From: a virus
Taxonomy: Duplodnaviria; Heunggongvirae; Uroviricota; Caudoviricetes
Virus record (IMG/VR): IMGVR_UViG_3300028888_000044
Span: 64,001-128,000 of that record
Reading direction: 5' to 3' (one strand)
DNA: 64,000 nt
Under the pieces are notes generated by a model, which saw only the letters and a list, made by a program, of their open reading frames with translations, searched no databases and was not told where the DNA came from. Shown piece by piece: positions 36,943 through 46,046 of this stretch. The position numbers were made by a program, and so were the translations under genes. Every line of letters begins with the position of its first letter. The first letter of the stretch is position 1.

Positions 36943-39537
36943 TTAGTTATATTTGTCTTCTGTTATTGTCACATCAAGCATTAATGCTTGATTATGGTTA
37001 TGCATTATCCAAAGGCTAGTTAGTCGTTCAGCAATGTAACCTCCAATTCTGTATTGATATGATATTTCATTATTTGGGCTGAAGTCTTTAAGATATTTGT
37101 CCTTGTTGTTCTTTATTCTGCTTTCTATGTCAATTCCGACTATTGAGATGTAAGTGTATAGTATTTTTTGCTGGAATTTGACATATTCCAAGAATTCGTC
37201 ACTTTTCATTATGAACATATTATATGGGAACATTGACTTTCCATTTAACAACTTATTCCATCCATTTATGTAATCTGGGTATAATTCGGCAATTATTCCA
37301 CTCACAATGTATAGGTCTTCGATATTGTGCGCATTCTTGTATTGCTCTTTGATGGTTGTCTTGAATGTAAGTATTTTTGGCGCTATTATTTCATATTTGC
37401 CGATTAGTTCATCTATATTTGGAATATCGTCCATAAAATTAAAATATCGTCTGTAATGACAGAATCCAACATATTTTTTTAGTTTTACTCGTTCAGCCAC
37501 ATAGAAATAAGACATTATCTCTGAATAGAAGCTACCTTTTAAGTCACCCCACGAATCGTTGTTTATTAACCGTGAGTCAACAATTTTGTATATGTTGTTC
37601 GTGAGAGGTGGTTTGAAATCAGTGTGGGTGCAAATGAAAATGTCCAAATCGTTTGGTTTGATATTTTTTTGATTGTCAACAGATTTATTTGCAACAACAC
37701 TTTTAAGAAAGTTTTTGACATTATTCATAAATTTGTCGTATGAATAATGAGATAAAATTTCATTCTGTGTATCAATTATTTGTTTTCTTTCTAGGCTGTT
37801 TAAAGATAATATTCTTTCTGCCACTTCAGATAAATTTGATTCATTTTCTGATAAATTAAAGAAAGTTCCTTTATTGAAAGTTACTTCTTTAAAACATTCA
37901 TTTTCATTAAGCAGAGCGATACATTCCATTTTATATGATTCTAGTATTGGCATTCCAAATCCTTCATATTCAGAAGAAAAAACAAAGAATTTTGCGTACT
38001 TGTATAGTGTAGCAAGCATTGTTTCGTCAGCAAAAATAGTGTGACTTCTCTTGAATATTTTGTTTTGCTTCAGCCATTTGATTTCGTATTCATTAAATTC
38101 TGAACCAGTACATACAAGATGTATGTTTTTATGCTTTCTTAAGAATGGAGAAATGTGTTTCAAGAACCAATCAAATCTTTTATAACCCCATCTTGTACCT
38201 ACATACAATATGTAATCATAATCAAACGGATTATTGTTATAATATGAAGTTCCAAACGTTGGGTTCAAAGCACGGCTTATTACGTGTATTTTCTTTTCAT
38301 CTACATTTAATAGCCTAATCAAATCCTTTTTGGTGCATTCTGTGTTTACTTCTATTGCAGATGCTTTTTGTACCATTTTTCGTTTCCCTATAATTTGTAG
38401 GTCATTTGGTGGAAACATACTAGTATATATTTCTGGAATCATATCGTGGACAGACATAACAAAAGGTTTATCACCTATATAATCCAAAAAATAAGTATTG
38501 TAGAAAGTGGGATAGAATATATCGAAATTACCTTTTGATAATTGTTCAATAGCATCTTGTGAAAAAGAAGTATCACCACTTTCGATTAATTCAGATAAAT
38601 ACTTGTTATTTGTTTTAGAAATAGCAAATTTGCCAACGAAATCTTGATAATTTCCTTTGGTTAACCCAATACCATTGTAATTATTTATTATTTCACTGTT
38701 ATTTAAACCATTTGCAATGTCAATATATAATCGAGATATTCCACCAAATTTCTGTAAACTATATATTTGACCATCGAATAAAATTTCAATTGGTTTTACC
38801 CAAGTTTCCTTATTGTTTTTGATTCTTGCTGCAATTATTGGGCTTGTTTTCTTGTTCAGTATACCATTTTCAGAATTTATAGTCTCTATATCATATATTT
38901 TTGAAAGCATAGAAAAAACAGATTGGTCGTGCCTATTTTCTATAAAATTAGGGCGATTTGGTATTGAACTTTTTTCATCAGTGCATAAATGGAAATGATT
39001 TGTCATTACATCATACCATTGATTTACAAAATCAACTGACTTTGGTTTTTTTGAAATAATTAATATACCAGCTCCACATTGTATGGCATTGTCAAAAATA
39101 TCAATATTGTGTTTATTGTATGTTTTATTTATATAATCATATAAATCCATTCTAGTGAAGTTGTTCTCAACATAAGGTCCATAACAAGGGCTTAATATTC
39201 CACTTTCTGAATTTGTAGCTATATCAATCCATTTTTTCAACTCAAGTCTGTTGTTATATATAAACATACATCCACAGTCAGCATAAACAACAATATCACC
39301 ATCTGTTAATGTTTCCAATTCCTTTTTGATGATATATGGTTTCCAAGACCAATAGCCATAACCTCTTTTGAATTCTTTAAAGAAAGAGCCGTTAGTCTTT
39401 AAGAATTGTTCGTCAAAGTCATTTTCTGTATATACTTTTATATCACTAAACAAATTCATATTTCTTGCTTCAAAGGAAATTCTTTCAGTAGAAAAATTGG
39501 ATTCGGTGTTGGCAAACGTGATAAAATTTATTTTCAT
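36943..39537 (-). CDS. Three-domain glycosyltransferase fusion (GT-A-like + GT4 + DUF4422-like)
   Basis: GYWSWKP..YADCG..RHDQS; GGISRLY..HDMIPE..YEGFGMPILE; YVGFCHYRRYF..YNMFIMK..GYIAERL. Confidence 0.85.
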   Translation of the reverse strand: MKINFITFANTESNFSTERISFEARNMNLFSDIKVYTENDFDEQFLKTNGSFFKEFKRGYGYWSWKPYIIKKELETLTDGDIVVYADCGCMFIYNNRLELKKWIDIATNSESGILSPCYGPYVENNFTRMDLYDYINKTYNKHNIDIFDNAIQCGAGILIISKKPKSVDFVNQWYDVMTNHFHLCTDEKSSIPNRPNFIENRHDQSVFSMLSKIYDIETINSENGILNKKTSPIIAARIKNNKETWVKPIEILFDGQIYSLQKFGGISRLYIDIANGLNNSEIINNYNGIGLTKGNYQDFVGKFAISKTNNKYLSELIESGDTSFSQDAIEQLSKGNFDIFYPTFYNTYFLDYIGDKPFVMSVHDMIPEIYTSMFPPNDLQIIGKRKMVQKASAIEVNTECTKKDLIRLLNVDEKKIHVISRALNPTFGTSYYNNNPFDYDYILYVGTRWGYKRFDWFLKHISPFLRKHKNIHLVCTGSEFNEYEIKWLKQNKIFKRSHTIFADETMLATLYKYAKFFVFSSEYEGFGMPILESYKMECIALLNENECFKEVTFNKGTFFNLSENESNLSEVAERILSLNSLERKQIIDTQNEILSHYSYDKFMNNVKNFLKSVVANKSVDNQKNIKPNDLDIFICTHTDFKPPLTNNIYKIVDSRLINNDSWGDLKGSFYSEIMSYFYVAERVKLKKYVGFCHYRRYFNFMDDIPNIDELIGKYEIIAPKILTFKTTIKEQYKNAHNIEDLYIVSGIIAELYPDYINGWNKLLNGKSMFPYNMFIMKSDEFLEYVKFQQKILYTYISIVGIDIESRIKNNKDKYLKDFSPNNEISYQYRIGGYIAERLTSLWIMHNHNQALMLDVTITEDKYN

Positions 39538-39935
39538 ATTTTAACCTCTTTTTCCATTATTATGTTTCTTTGGGCGAGTTTTCCCATAACTTCATCAATA
39601 TCCATACCATATTGCAGAACCAATCTACATGGTTCTGGATATTCATCGTAGTCATCCATATTCTCGTATGCTAGTGCAACACACCCATCCATACAGTCTT
39701 GAAACCCGAAACAAGTAGAGTCTTGAATCAAGTCTAGTTTAATATCTGTTATGAAAGTATATTCCTCGTCATACGAACCTTCGTTTGGAATTAGCTCGTT
39801 GCATAGTCCGCAAGGCTTGTATTCGAAGTTTTCACCGAAGAATGAATCAACGTCATTGGTGAACAGAAGCTTGTATATGTTCTGTCCACCAATGTTTTCA
39901 CCAATATGCTTTATAAAGCAGAGTTTCTTATCCAT
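39534..39935 (-). CDS. Hypothetical protein
   Basis: 133 aa; overlaps its neighbours. Confidence 0.7.
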   Translation of the reverse strand: MDKKLCFIKHIGENIGGQNIYKLLFTNDVDSFFGENFEYKPCGLCNELIPNEGSYDEEYTFITDIKLDLIQDSTCFGFQDCMDGCVALAYENMDDYDEYPEPCRLVLQYGMDIDEVMGKLAQRNIIMEKEVKI

Positions 39936-40254
39936 TGTTCTTCTTTGATACGTTTAGTTTCTTGTTGAAGTTGTCAAGAACAATCTCATATTTTGTTGTG
40001 TATGCACGACAGTCCTTGTTTACTCCATTCTTGTTTTCCCACCACTTTGTATCACCATTAATTGCTGAAGATGCGTTACTTGTGGCCGCTTCTTGGTCTA
40101 TAGTTTTTATTTTTTCACCGTTGATATAATAATTGCAAGGAAATGCATTGATTTCTAAAGAATCATTTCCTCTTTTTGTAATTTCAACTTTTATACCGTT
40201 TTCGATATAACATAGTGAAGTCAACTTATTTAAGTCGTTAATTGAAAATGTCAT
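39928..40254 (-). CDS. Hypothetical protein
   Basis: 108 aa within the operon. Confidence 0.6.
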   Translation of the reverse strand: MTFSINDLNKLTSLCYIENGIKVEITKRGNDSLEINAFPCNYYINGEKIKTIDQEAATSNASSAINGDTKWWENKNGVNKDCRAYTTKYEIVLDNFNKKLNVSKKNNG

Positions 40255-40274
40255 AATATATATGTTTTAATTGA

Positions 40275-43055
40275 TTATTTTTTATCTTCTGCAAGTATTG
40301 TATTTTCTGCAATTTCGTTCTTTACTGCAAGAATCTCGAACATTCTGTCCATATATGTGTCTGTGAACTTCTGGTAATAAATCTTGCAATCCTTGTCTTG
40401 CCCTATCCTCAATATTCTGTATTCGGCTTGTTTGTTTTCTGCGGCAATGAATGAAATATTGTTGAATATTACAACCGAAGCCTCGTTGAGGTTTAGACCT
40501 ACGCTTGCGCTTTGTAGGTTTCCTATGAACACAGTGCAGTTTGGGTCTGTCTTGAATTTGTTGTATGCCTCATCCTTTTTCTTTGGTGTCATTTTGCCGT
40601 TATATACAACGCACTTGTCCTTGAAGTGGTCTTGAAGTGTATATAATTCCTTGTCGAAGCAGCAGAATATTACAACTTTTCTTCCTTCATTCAATTCTTG
40701 TTCAGTAATTTTGATGGTATTTTTTACCATAAGGTCGGCAAGAAGCTGTCTGAATATTGAGCTTTCTATAAGCTTGTGGTTCTGTATGAGTTTGGTTATA
40801 TCCTTTTCTTCGTTATGAAGTATGAAGTCATTCCAAGCGTTTTCATAGTCAACCCTTTCTTGTGGGGATAGCTCATATTCGATTACCTTTCTTTCAGTAC
40901 GTATTGATTTTAGTGTGTTTTCGCTTGTTTCCCTATAGTACAGATGCTTTATCCGTTCAGCAAGCTCGTCAAGGTTGCTTGCACCGTTTGTTAGCCATAT
41001 TTTCTTGCAGTTCTTGTCAAGATATTTGTCCAAGTCATCCTTTTCTTTAATTGTCAAGTCGTACCACGAATCTTTCTGCACAGATTTCAAGAATTGTTTT
41101 GTGAAATAATCCCTTTCGTTCTTGTTTGGGATTATTTGTTTACCATCGCAGTATGTTTTTACGTAATTTATCCAATCCTTTGTAACATCGGCATCAATTA
41201 GCTTAAGTATATTGTAAAGATTTATTGGGTTATTCTTAACCATTGTACCAGTAAGCTCGAAAACCCCATCTGGTTTGCTTCGTTTTAGCAAGTCACTTAC
41301 AATTTCATACATACCGCTACTGTTGTTTGACAGTCTGTGTGCCTCATCGATGATTATTAGGTCGAATTTTGACTGAAACAATTGTGAATTGTCAAGAGAT
41401 TCCTCTACAATTTCACTTTTTTCTGTCTTTACAATCTTTTCAACGGTTTTCCATTCGACTTTTCCGTCATCGGTATATACTTTTGTCTTGAATTTCTTGT
41501 TTACCTTTGGCACAACATAGAAATTCTTCAGAATATCATAGTTGATGATGGTATATTTGTTCTCTTTCCATTTTGAACCTTCCACAATTGTTATATCATC
41601 AGATGGAACGAATCTTTCAATCTCCCTTTTCCAATTTGTTTTCAATGAAGATGGACAAATAACCAATATCTTGTTGTATTTTCCCTCTATTGATGCCACT
41701 ATTGAGCATACTGTGTTGTGTGTAACAACATAATTTTCTGTTAAGAATGATTGGTCTTCAGAATCAACGCTGAAACATATTGCATTGCTTTCCCTTACGA
41801 GTCTTACATCAGTAATGTATCTGTCAAATGGTTTTGCCTTTTGAGCAATTTCGTCATATTCCTTGTTTTTTTGTTCGTCAGCAAAAGGATTGAACATTGT
41901 CATTAAATTTATTTCAACACAATCCTCCTTATTTTCAAGCATTGCAATTCCACCAAGCGAATTAACAAGCATTCTAATGTCGTGGGCTATGTTTTTTGAT
42001 TTCGTCTCGTATTTTATGAATGCCTTTTTGTCGAAAGTTGCTTTTCCATCCAATATACCAGCCAAAAGTTCAAGCCTTTGCTGTACAGAACCGCACAAAT
42101 ATACTTCTGGTATTCTACGTTTTTCCCAAGATGCCTCATCAGCTACATTTTCGTTTGAATCTATGAGTTTTCCCATTGCAAAAGGTGGGAACAAGTATTT
42201 TCTTTCCTCATATTCAGATGGTCTACACATTGGAATCCTCCAACAGTTCTTGTTTGGGTTGTTTTTTGGGTGAATACCGCTTTTAAGGATGCCTTTAAGT
42301 GAAATAACCTCCCAATTCTTTCTTGTATCTCTCTTTGCAATCCACAAGTGTTCGAGACCGCAGTTTACTTTCAGACCGTCATTGAATGTTATTTCATATA
42401 TATCCTTGATACCTTGTGGGTATCTTCCGATTATCTTTGTTGGCAAGCCATATGAAGAGAACATGTAGTCACCAACTTGCAATGTGTCAGCCCTTCTGAA
42501 TCCGTTTGGCGTAGGAAGCATTGTGTTGGCATCAATTTCCTTTCCCATTCCCATATCGAGTGAAACTATTCCCTTTTTACGTGAAAGTAGGAACTTTATT
42601 GCGTTCTTTTGGTGCTCTTTGATGGTTATTTTGCCCATTTCGTCATATTTCTTGAAGTCAACGTCCAAAGACTTGAAGTCTTCAACGAACAGAGGTGCAA
42701 GTATAGCTGTTTTAGGTACAAAAAGCTGCAAAATCTCTGGTTGACTTCTTCTGTATAGAATAGACATATGATATGTGTTTTCTGTTTCACCGAAAACGTA
42801 TCCTATGTACAACTTTTCTGGTACAAATTCAATGTTATATTCATTTTTAAGCTTTTCACCGTACCATTTTGCTATTTTAACAGTCTTGTTGTAGAAAATA
42901 GGGTCTTTTTCATATGAATTGAGTATATATTCCACTTCAAAGTTAGTCAAAGGTGTTTTTGTTTTTCTTTTGAGTTGTTTTATCAGTGGATTTGCACCAT
43001 TATAACTCTTTAGAATGTCATATGCTTTATTTACTTTTAATATACTGTCTGCCAT
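40275..43055 (-). CDS. SNF2/SWI2-family helicase containing an intein
   Basis: HQ, DMGMGK/T (split by the intein), ICPSSLKTNW, IIDEAH, LTGT..N, GLNL, QAEYRILRIGQ. Confidence 0.92.
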   Translation of the reverse strand: MADSILKVNKAYDILKSYNGANPLIKQLKRKTKTPLTNFEVEYILNSYEKDPIFYNKTVKIAKWYGEKLKNEYNIEFVPEKLYIGYVFGETENTYHMSILYRRSQPEILQLFVPKTAILAPLFVEDFKSLDVDFKKYDEMGKITIKEHQKNAIKFLLSRKKGIVSLDMGMGKEIDANTMLPTPNGFRRADTLQVGDYMFSSYGLPTKIIGRYPQGIKDIYEITFNDGLKVNCGLEHLWIAKRDTRKNWEVISLKGILKSGIHPKNNPNKNCWRIPMCRPSEYEERKYLFPPFAMGKLIDSNENVADEASWEKRRIPEVYLCGSVQQRLELLAGILDGKATFDKKAFIKYETKSKNIAHDIRMLVNSLGGIAMLENKEDCVEINLMTMFNPFADEQKNKEYDEIAQKAKPFDRYITDVRLVRESNAICFSVDSEDQSFLTENYVVTHNTVCSIVASIEGKYNKILVICPSSLKTNWKREIERFVPSDDITIVEGSKWKENKYTIINYDILKNFYVVPKVNKKFKTKVYTDDGKVEWKTVEKIVKTEKSEIVEESLDNSQLFQSKFDLIIIDEAHRLSNNSSGMYEIVSDLLKRSKPDGVFELTGTMVKNNPINLYNILKLIDADVTKDWINYVKTYCDGKQIIPNKNERDYFTKQFLKSVQKDSWYDLTIKEKDDLDKYLDKNCKKIWLTNGASNLDELAERIKHLYYRETSENTLKSIRTERKVIEYELSPQERVDYENAWNDFILHNEEKDITKLIQNHKLIESSIFRQLLADLMVKNTIKITEQELNEGRKVVIFCCFDKELYTLQDHFKDKCVVYNGKMTPKKKDEAYNKFKTDPNCTVFIGNLQSASVGLNLNEASVVIFNNISFIAAENKQAEYRILRIGQDKDCKIYYQKFTDTYMDRMFEILAVKNEIAENTILAEDKK
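41715..42539 (-). mobile_element. Class 3 (WCT) intein, 275 aa, with degenerate LAGLIDADG region
   Basis: Inserted between K172 and T of the Walker A motif; EIDANTMLPTPNG..., CGLEHLW, AICFSV, VVTHN/T; LLAGILDGKATF. Confidence 0.9.
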
Positions 43056-43131
43056 ATTGTTTTTATATAAAAAATAAATAATTAAACAAAAAAAACAATC
43101 TATTTATAGTAAAATGCGATAATTTTTATAT

Positions 43132-43884
43132 ATGAAATATATAATCAATGAGAATCAATACCAGTTATTGAAGGAATATATGCAAGATGGTTTTTCATAT
43201 GAAACACTTAGCTCATTACCAACATCGAATAAGAAGTATAAATATTGCTGTAAGTATTTGGGTGAACCAGTTGGAAGGGGTATTGCTCGTGCTGTATTCG
43301 ATGTGGATGAAGAGACTGTATTGAAAATCAATATTAGTAGTTATCACGATAATTCAAATCAAAATGAATGGAACAACGTTGCTAAATTGGCTGCTAAATT
43401 TGATATTTTCCCAAAATATTATAAACATGCCGATGATTTTTCTTGGATAACTTGTGAGAGTGTACTTCCTATGGATATGGCAGATTGCGAAGTTATATTA
43501 GGTATTCCATTTTGCACAGATAGTCATTCGGAGATATATGGATGGAATCCAGATTATGAGAAATATATTGTAAATGAAGTACGTGATAACGTAACGTTGG
43601 AGGGTTTTATATGGTGGGCAGAACAAAGAGCTTGGCATTCTAACAATTTAGGCGGCAAATTGGAAATGATTTTCAAGCATTTTACTGATAAGGAAATAAG
43701 GAAAATAAACCTTAAGTTTATGGCACTAATGAAAGGTCCAAATGGAAAATGGTTCAAAGATTTATATAAATATATTATAATGACTGGTGGTAGTTCTGAC
43801 TTGCATAAAGGTAATTTCGGTATGGCAAGAAGAAACGGCAAGGAAGTATTGGTAATAATTGATAGTGGTAATAAACCTATTTGA
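43132..43884 (+). CDS. Protein-kinase-like protein (paralog 1) with class-2 leader
   Basis: GRGIARAVF, VLK, NQNE, SDLHKGNFG, IIDSG; N-term MKYIINENQYQLLKE. Confidence 0.75.
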   Translation: MKYIINENQYQLLKEYMQDGFSYETLSSLPTSNKKYKYCCKYLGEPVGRGIARAVFDVDEETVLKINISSYHDNSNQNEWNNVAKLAAKFDIFPKYYKHADDFSWITCESVLPMDMADCEVILGIPFCTDSHSEIYGWNPDYEKYIVNEVRDNVTLEGFIWWAEQRAWHSNNLGGKLEMIFKHFTDKEIRKINLKFMALMKGPNGKWFKDLYKYIIMTGGSSDLHKGNFGMARRNGKEVLVIIDSGNKPI

Positions 43885-43885
43885 T

Positions 43886-44431
43886 ATGGAGACAATTAAG
43901 AAATTTAGAGACGAGAGACAGATTCCAATCAACAGAAACAATATGTTCTATTCAGAGCAAGACTATTTGTTCGAATTGGAAATAGGAAAGAACTACTTGG
44001 AGGAAGATGTAAATCAGACTTTGATATTGTACCAAGTTGACTTGGAGAAGACAAACCTTGATGCCACATATGTTGAATCCAAGAGTGATGCAATAGTGTA
44101 TAAGCCGCCAGTTGAACTTCATTGTCTATATACTGTGGAAGAACCAGAGCTTATGAGCTATGAGAAGAACAAGAACTTGGGAACTTATGTGAAGAGTGGA
44201 AAGCTCAAATTCGGTGTCTTTCAAGCGACTCTTGACGAATTGGGCTGTGACATAAAGATTGGGGATTATATAGGTGTGGTTGTTTCGAATACCCACATAG
44301 AGTATTATACAGTTACTAATGACGGTAGAAACAATTTCAACAACGCTAGAACTACATTCGGCTACAAGTCTTCGTACAGAAGCATTGAAGCCGCACCAGT
44401 ATCAAGTGAAAATGAATTTAACGGAAAATAA
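43886..44431 (+). CDS. Probable neck/head-completion protein (T4 gp14-like)
   Basis: LYQVD..TNLDATYVES..YKPPVE..IKIGDYI; position upstream of the sheath gene. Confidence 0.55.
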   Translation: METIKKFRDERQIPINRNNMFYSEQDYLFELEIGKNYLEEDVNQTLILYQVDLEKTNLDATYVESKSDAIVYKPPVELHCLYTVEEPELMSYEKNKNLGTYVKSGKLKFGVFQATLDELGCDIKIGDYIGVVVSNTHIEYYTVTNDGRNNFNNARTTFGYKSSYRSIEAAPVSSENEFNGK

Positions 44432-44442
44432 ATACAAAAGAG

Positions 44443-45618
44443 ATGATTATACAACCAAAACCATATTTAAGTAACTTTAGGATGAGGAAGAAGGCTATTG
44501 GAAAGGAACGTAGGTTGAATATGGACAAGATTATCCTTGAAAAGGGTACACCATTTCCATTGTATACTGAACTGTCCGACATAGACAATTCATTCAACGA
44601 ATGGGTGAACAGTCTTGAAGTTTCTTATGATGGCAAGCTTCTTCCAATATTCAAGCTTTTCAGCAACCAGAGGATAGGAGAATATTCACAGACTTGGAAG
44701 CACTTGGACGAGGTTGGAAACCCACTGCTCAACTTTTTTGCAGTCACAAGGGAAAACAACCCAAAGCAAGGTAGAAACCAAGGGGGTATGTTCAATATTC
44801 CTGGAGACAGAGATTATCCTATGTTCTTGGTTCCAAGCCTTTTGGAGAACGGTGAAGAGGCATATGATATGTATTCTATGAAGCAGCCGTTTTGTGTGGA
44901 CTTGATTTATTCTCTGACCCTTATAACCAACAAGTATGAGCTGTTGAACGATGTGAATCAGAAGATACTTAATGAATTCAAGGCATTGGAATGCTATATT
45001 GCACCAAATGGGCATTATATGCCAATGAAGCTTGAGGATATTTCAGACGAGTCAGAGAATGCGATAGATGATAGGAAATACTATTCACAGACGTATAAGA
45101 TAAACTTGCTTGGCTACATCATAAGGAAGGAGGACTTCAAGGTGACTAAGCTTCCAACAAGGGTTATCGGAAGAGTTTTAGGATGGAACAACAATAAGAA
45201 GGAAAAAAAGGCAGAAGTAAAAGTGATAGAGGATTACGAGGAAGAACTTTCGTGCTGCAACATAAGGGAGAAGGAACAGCCGAGATATGTGAACAAGAAG
45301 ATTAAATTGGAAATTAATTTCCCAATTTGCACTTTTATTGCAAAGTTCGACATAGATGTTGATTTTTCAGTTACAGATATTGTTACGAACAATGTATATG
45401 ACTTTGTTATGAAGATTAACGAGGAATATGTGAATCTTGAAGAAGAGATTAATATTTATAGTGGAGACACTATATATATAGAGGTCGAACGAGACGATAA
45501 GATGAAAACCGCTTCGATTTCCTTGAATGGAATTTCAGAGGAAATGGTAGACTCTGAAGATAAGGAATCCGTTACGGATGAGGAACCAATCGAAGAGGAC
45601 ATCATTTATAATGCATAA
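44443..45618 (+). CDS. Probable tail terminator/sheath stabiliser (T4 gp15-like)
   Basis: QPFCVDLIYSLTLIT..LNDVNQKIL..F, RKYYSQTYKINLLGYI; genomic context. Confidence 0.55.
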   Translation: MIIQPKPYLSNFRMRKKAIGKERRLNMDKIILEKGTPFPLYTELSDIDNSFNEWVNSLEVSYDGKLLPIFKLFSNQRIGEYSQTWKHLDEVGNPLLNFFAVTRENNPKQGRNQGGMFNIPGDRDYPMFLVPSLLENGEEAYDMYSMKQPFCVDLIYSLTLITNKYELLNDVNQKILNEFKALECYIAPNGHYMPMKLEDISDESENAIDDRKYYSQTYKINLLGYIIRKEDFKVTKLPTRVIGRVLGWNNNKKEKKAEVKVIEDYEEELSCCNIREKEQPRYVNKKIKLEINFPICTFIAKFDIDVDFSVTDIVTNNVYDFVMKINEEYVNLEEEINIYSGDTIYIEVERDDKMKTASISLNGISEEMVDSEDKESVTDEEPIEEDIIYNA

Positions 45619-45985
45619 GTTTATGACACTAAAGGAAATAATACAACAAGAAGAGAAACTGTTGAAGATTGATGACAAGTACAAGCACAAGCTTACATTC
45701 AACGAGGTCGTAAGACTGAAGGGATATATGCGAAAGGTTGGTGAGATAACCAACATCTACTTTGAATTGATAAACAGTTATCACAAGGATATTGCATATC
45801 CAACATCTGGCAGCGTATCAACATCTGATATTGTAAACGACATGTATGATTACAACGACTTGCTTCAACAGAGCGAAGTTGACACGGATTTGATAAATAT
45901 GACAGAAATTATTGGATTTATAAATATTATTTCTGAAAAATATTCTATAGTTTTTAATTTGGAAAGTAAAACTATTGAAAATTGA
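45611..45985 (+). CDS. Hypothetical protein
   Basis: ATG at 45611 overlapping the upstream stop. Confidence 0.6.
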   Translation: MHKFMTLKEIIQQEEKLLKIDDKYKHKLTFNEVVRLKGYMRKVGEITNIYFELINSYHKDIAYPTSGSVSTSDIVNDMYDYNDLLQQSEVDTDLINMTEIIGFINIISEKYSIVFNLESKTIEN

Positions 45986-46046
45986 AAAGTATTTATAATT
46001 AAATAACAAGAAGATAATTAATTTTTTTAAATAAATAAACATAACT

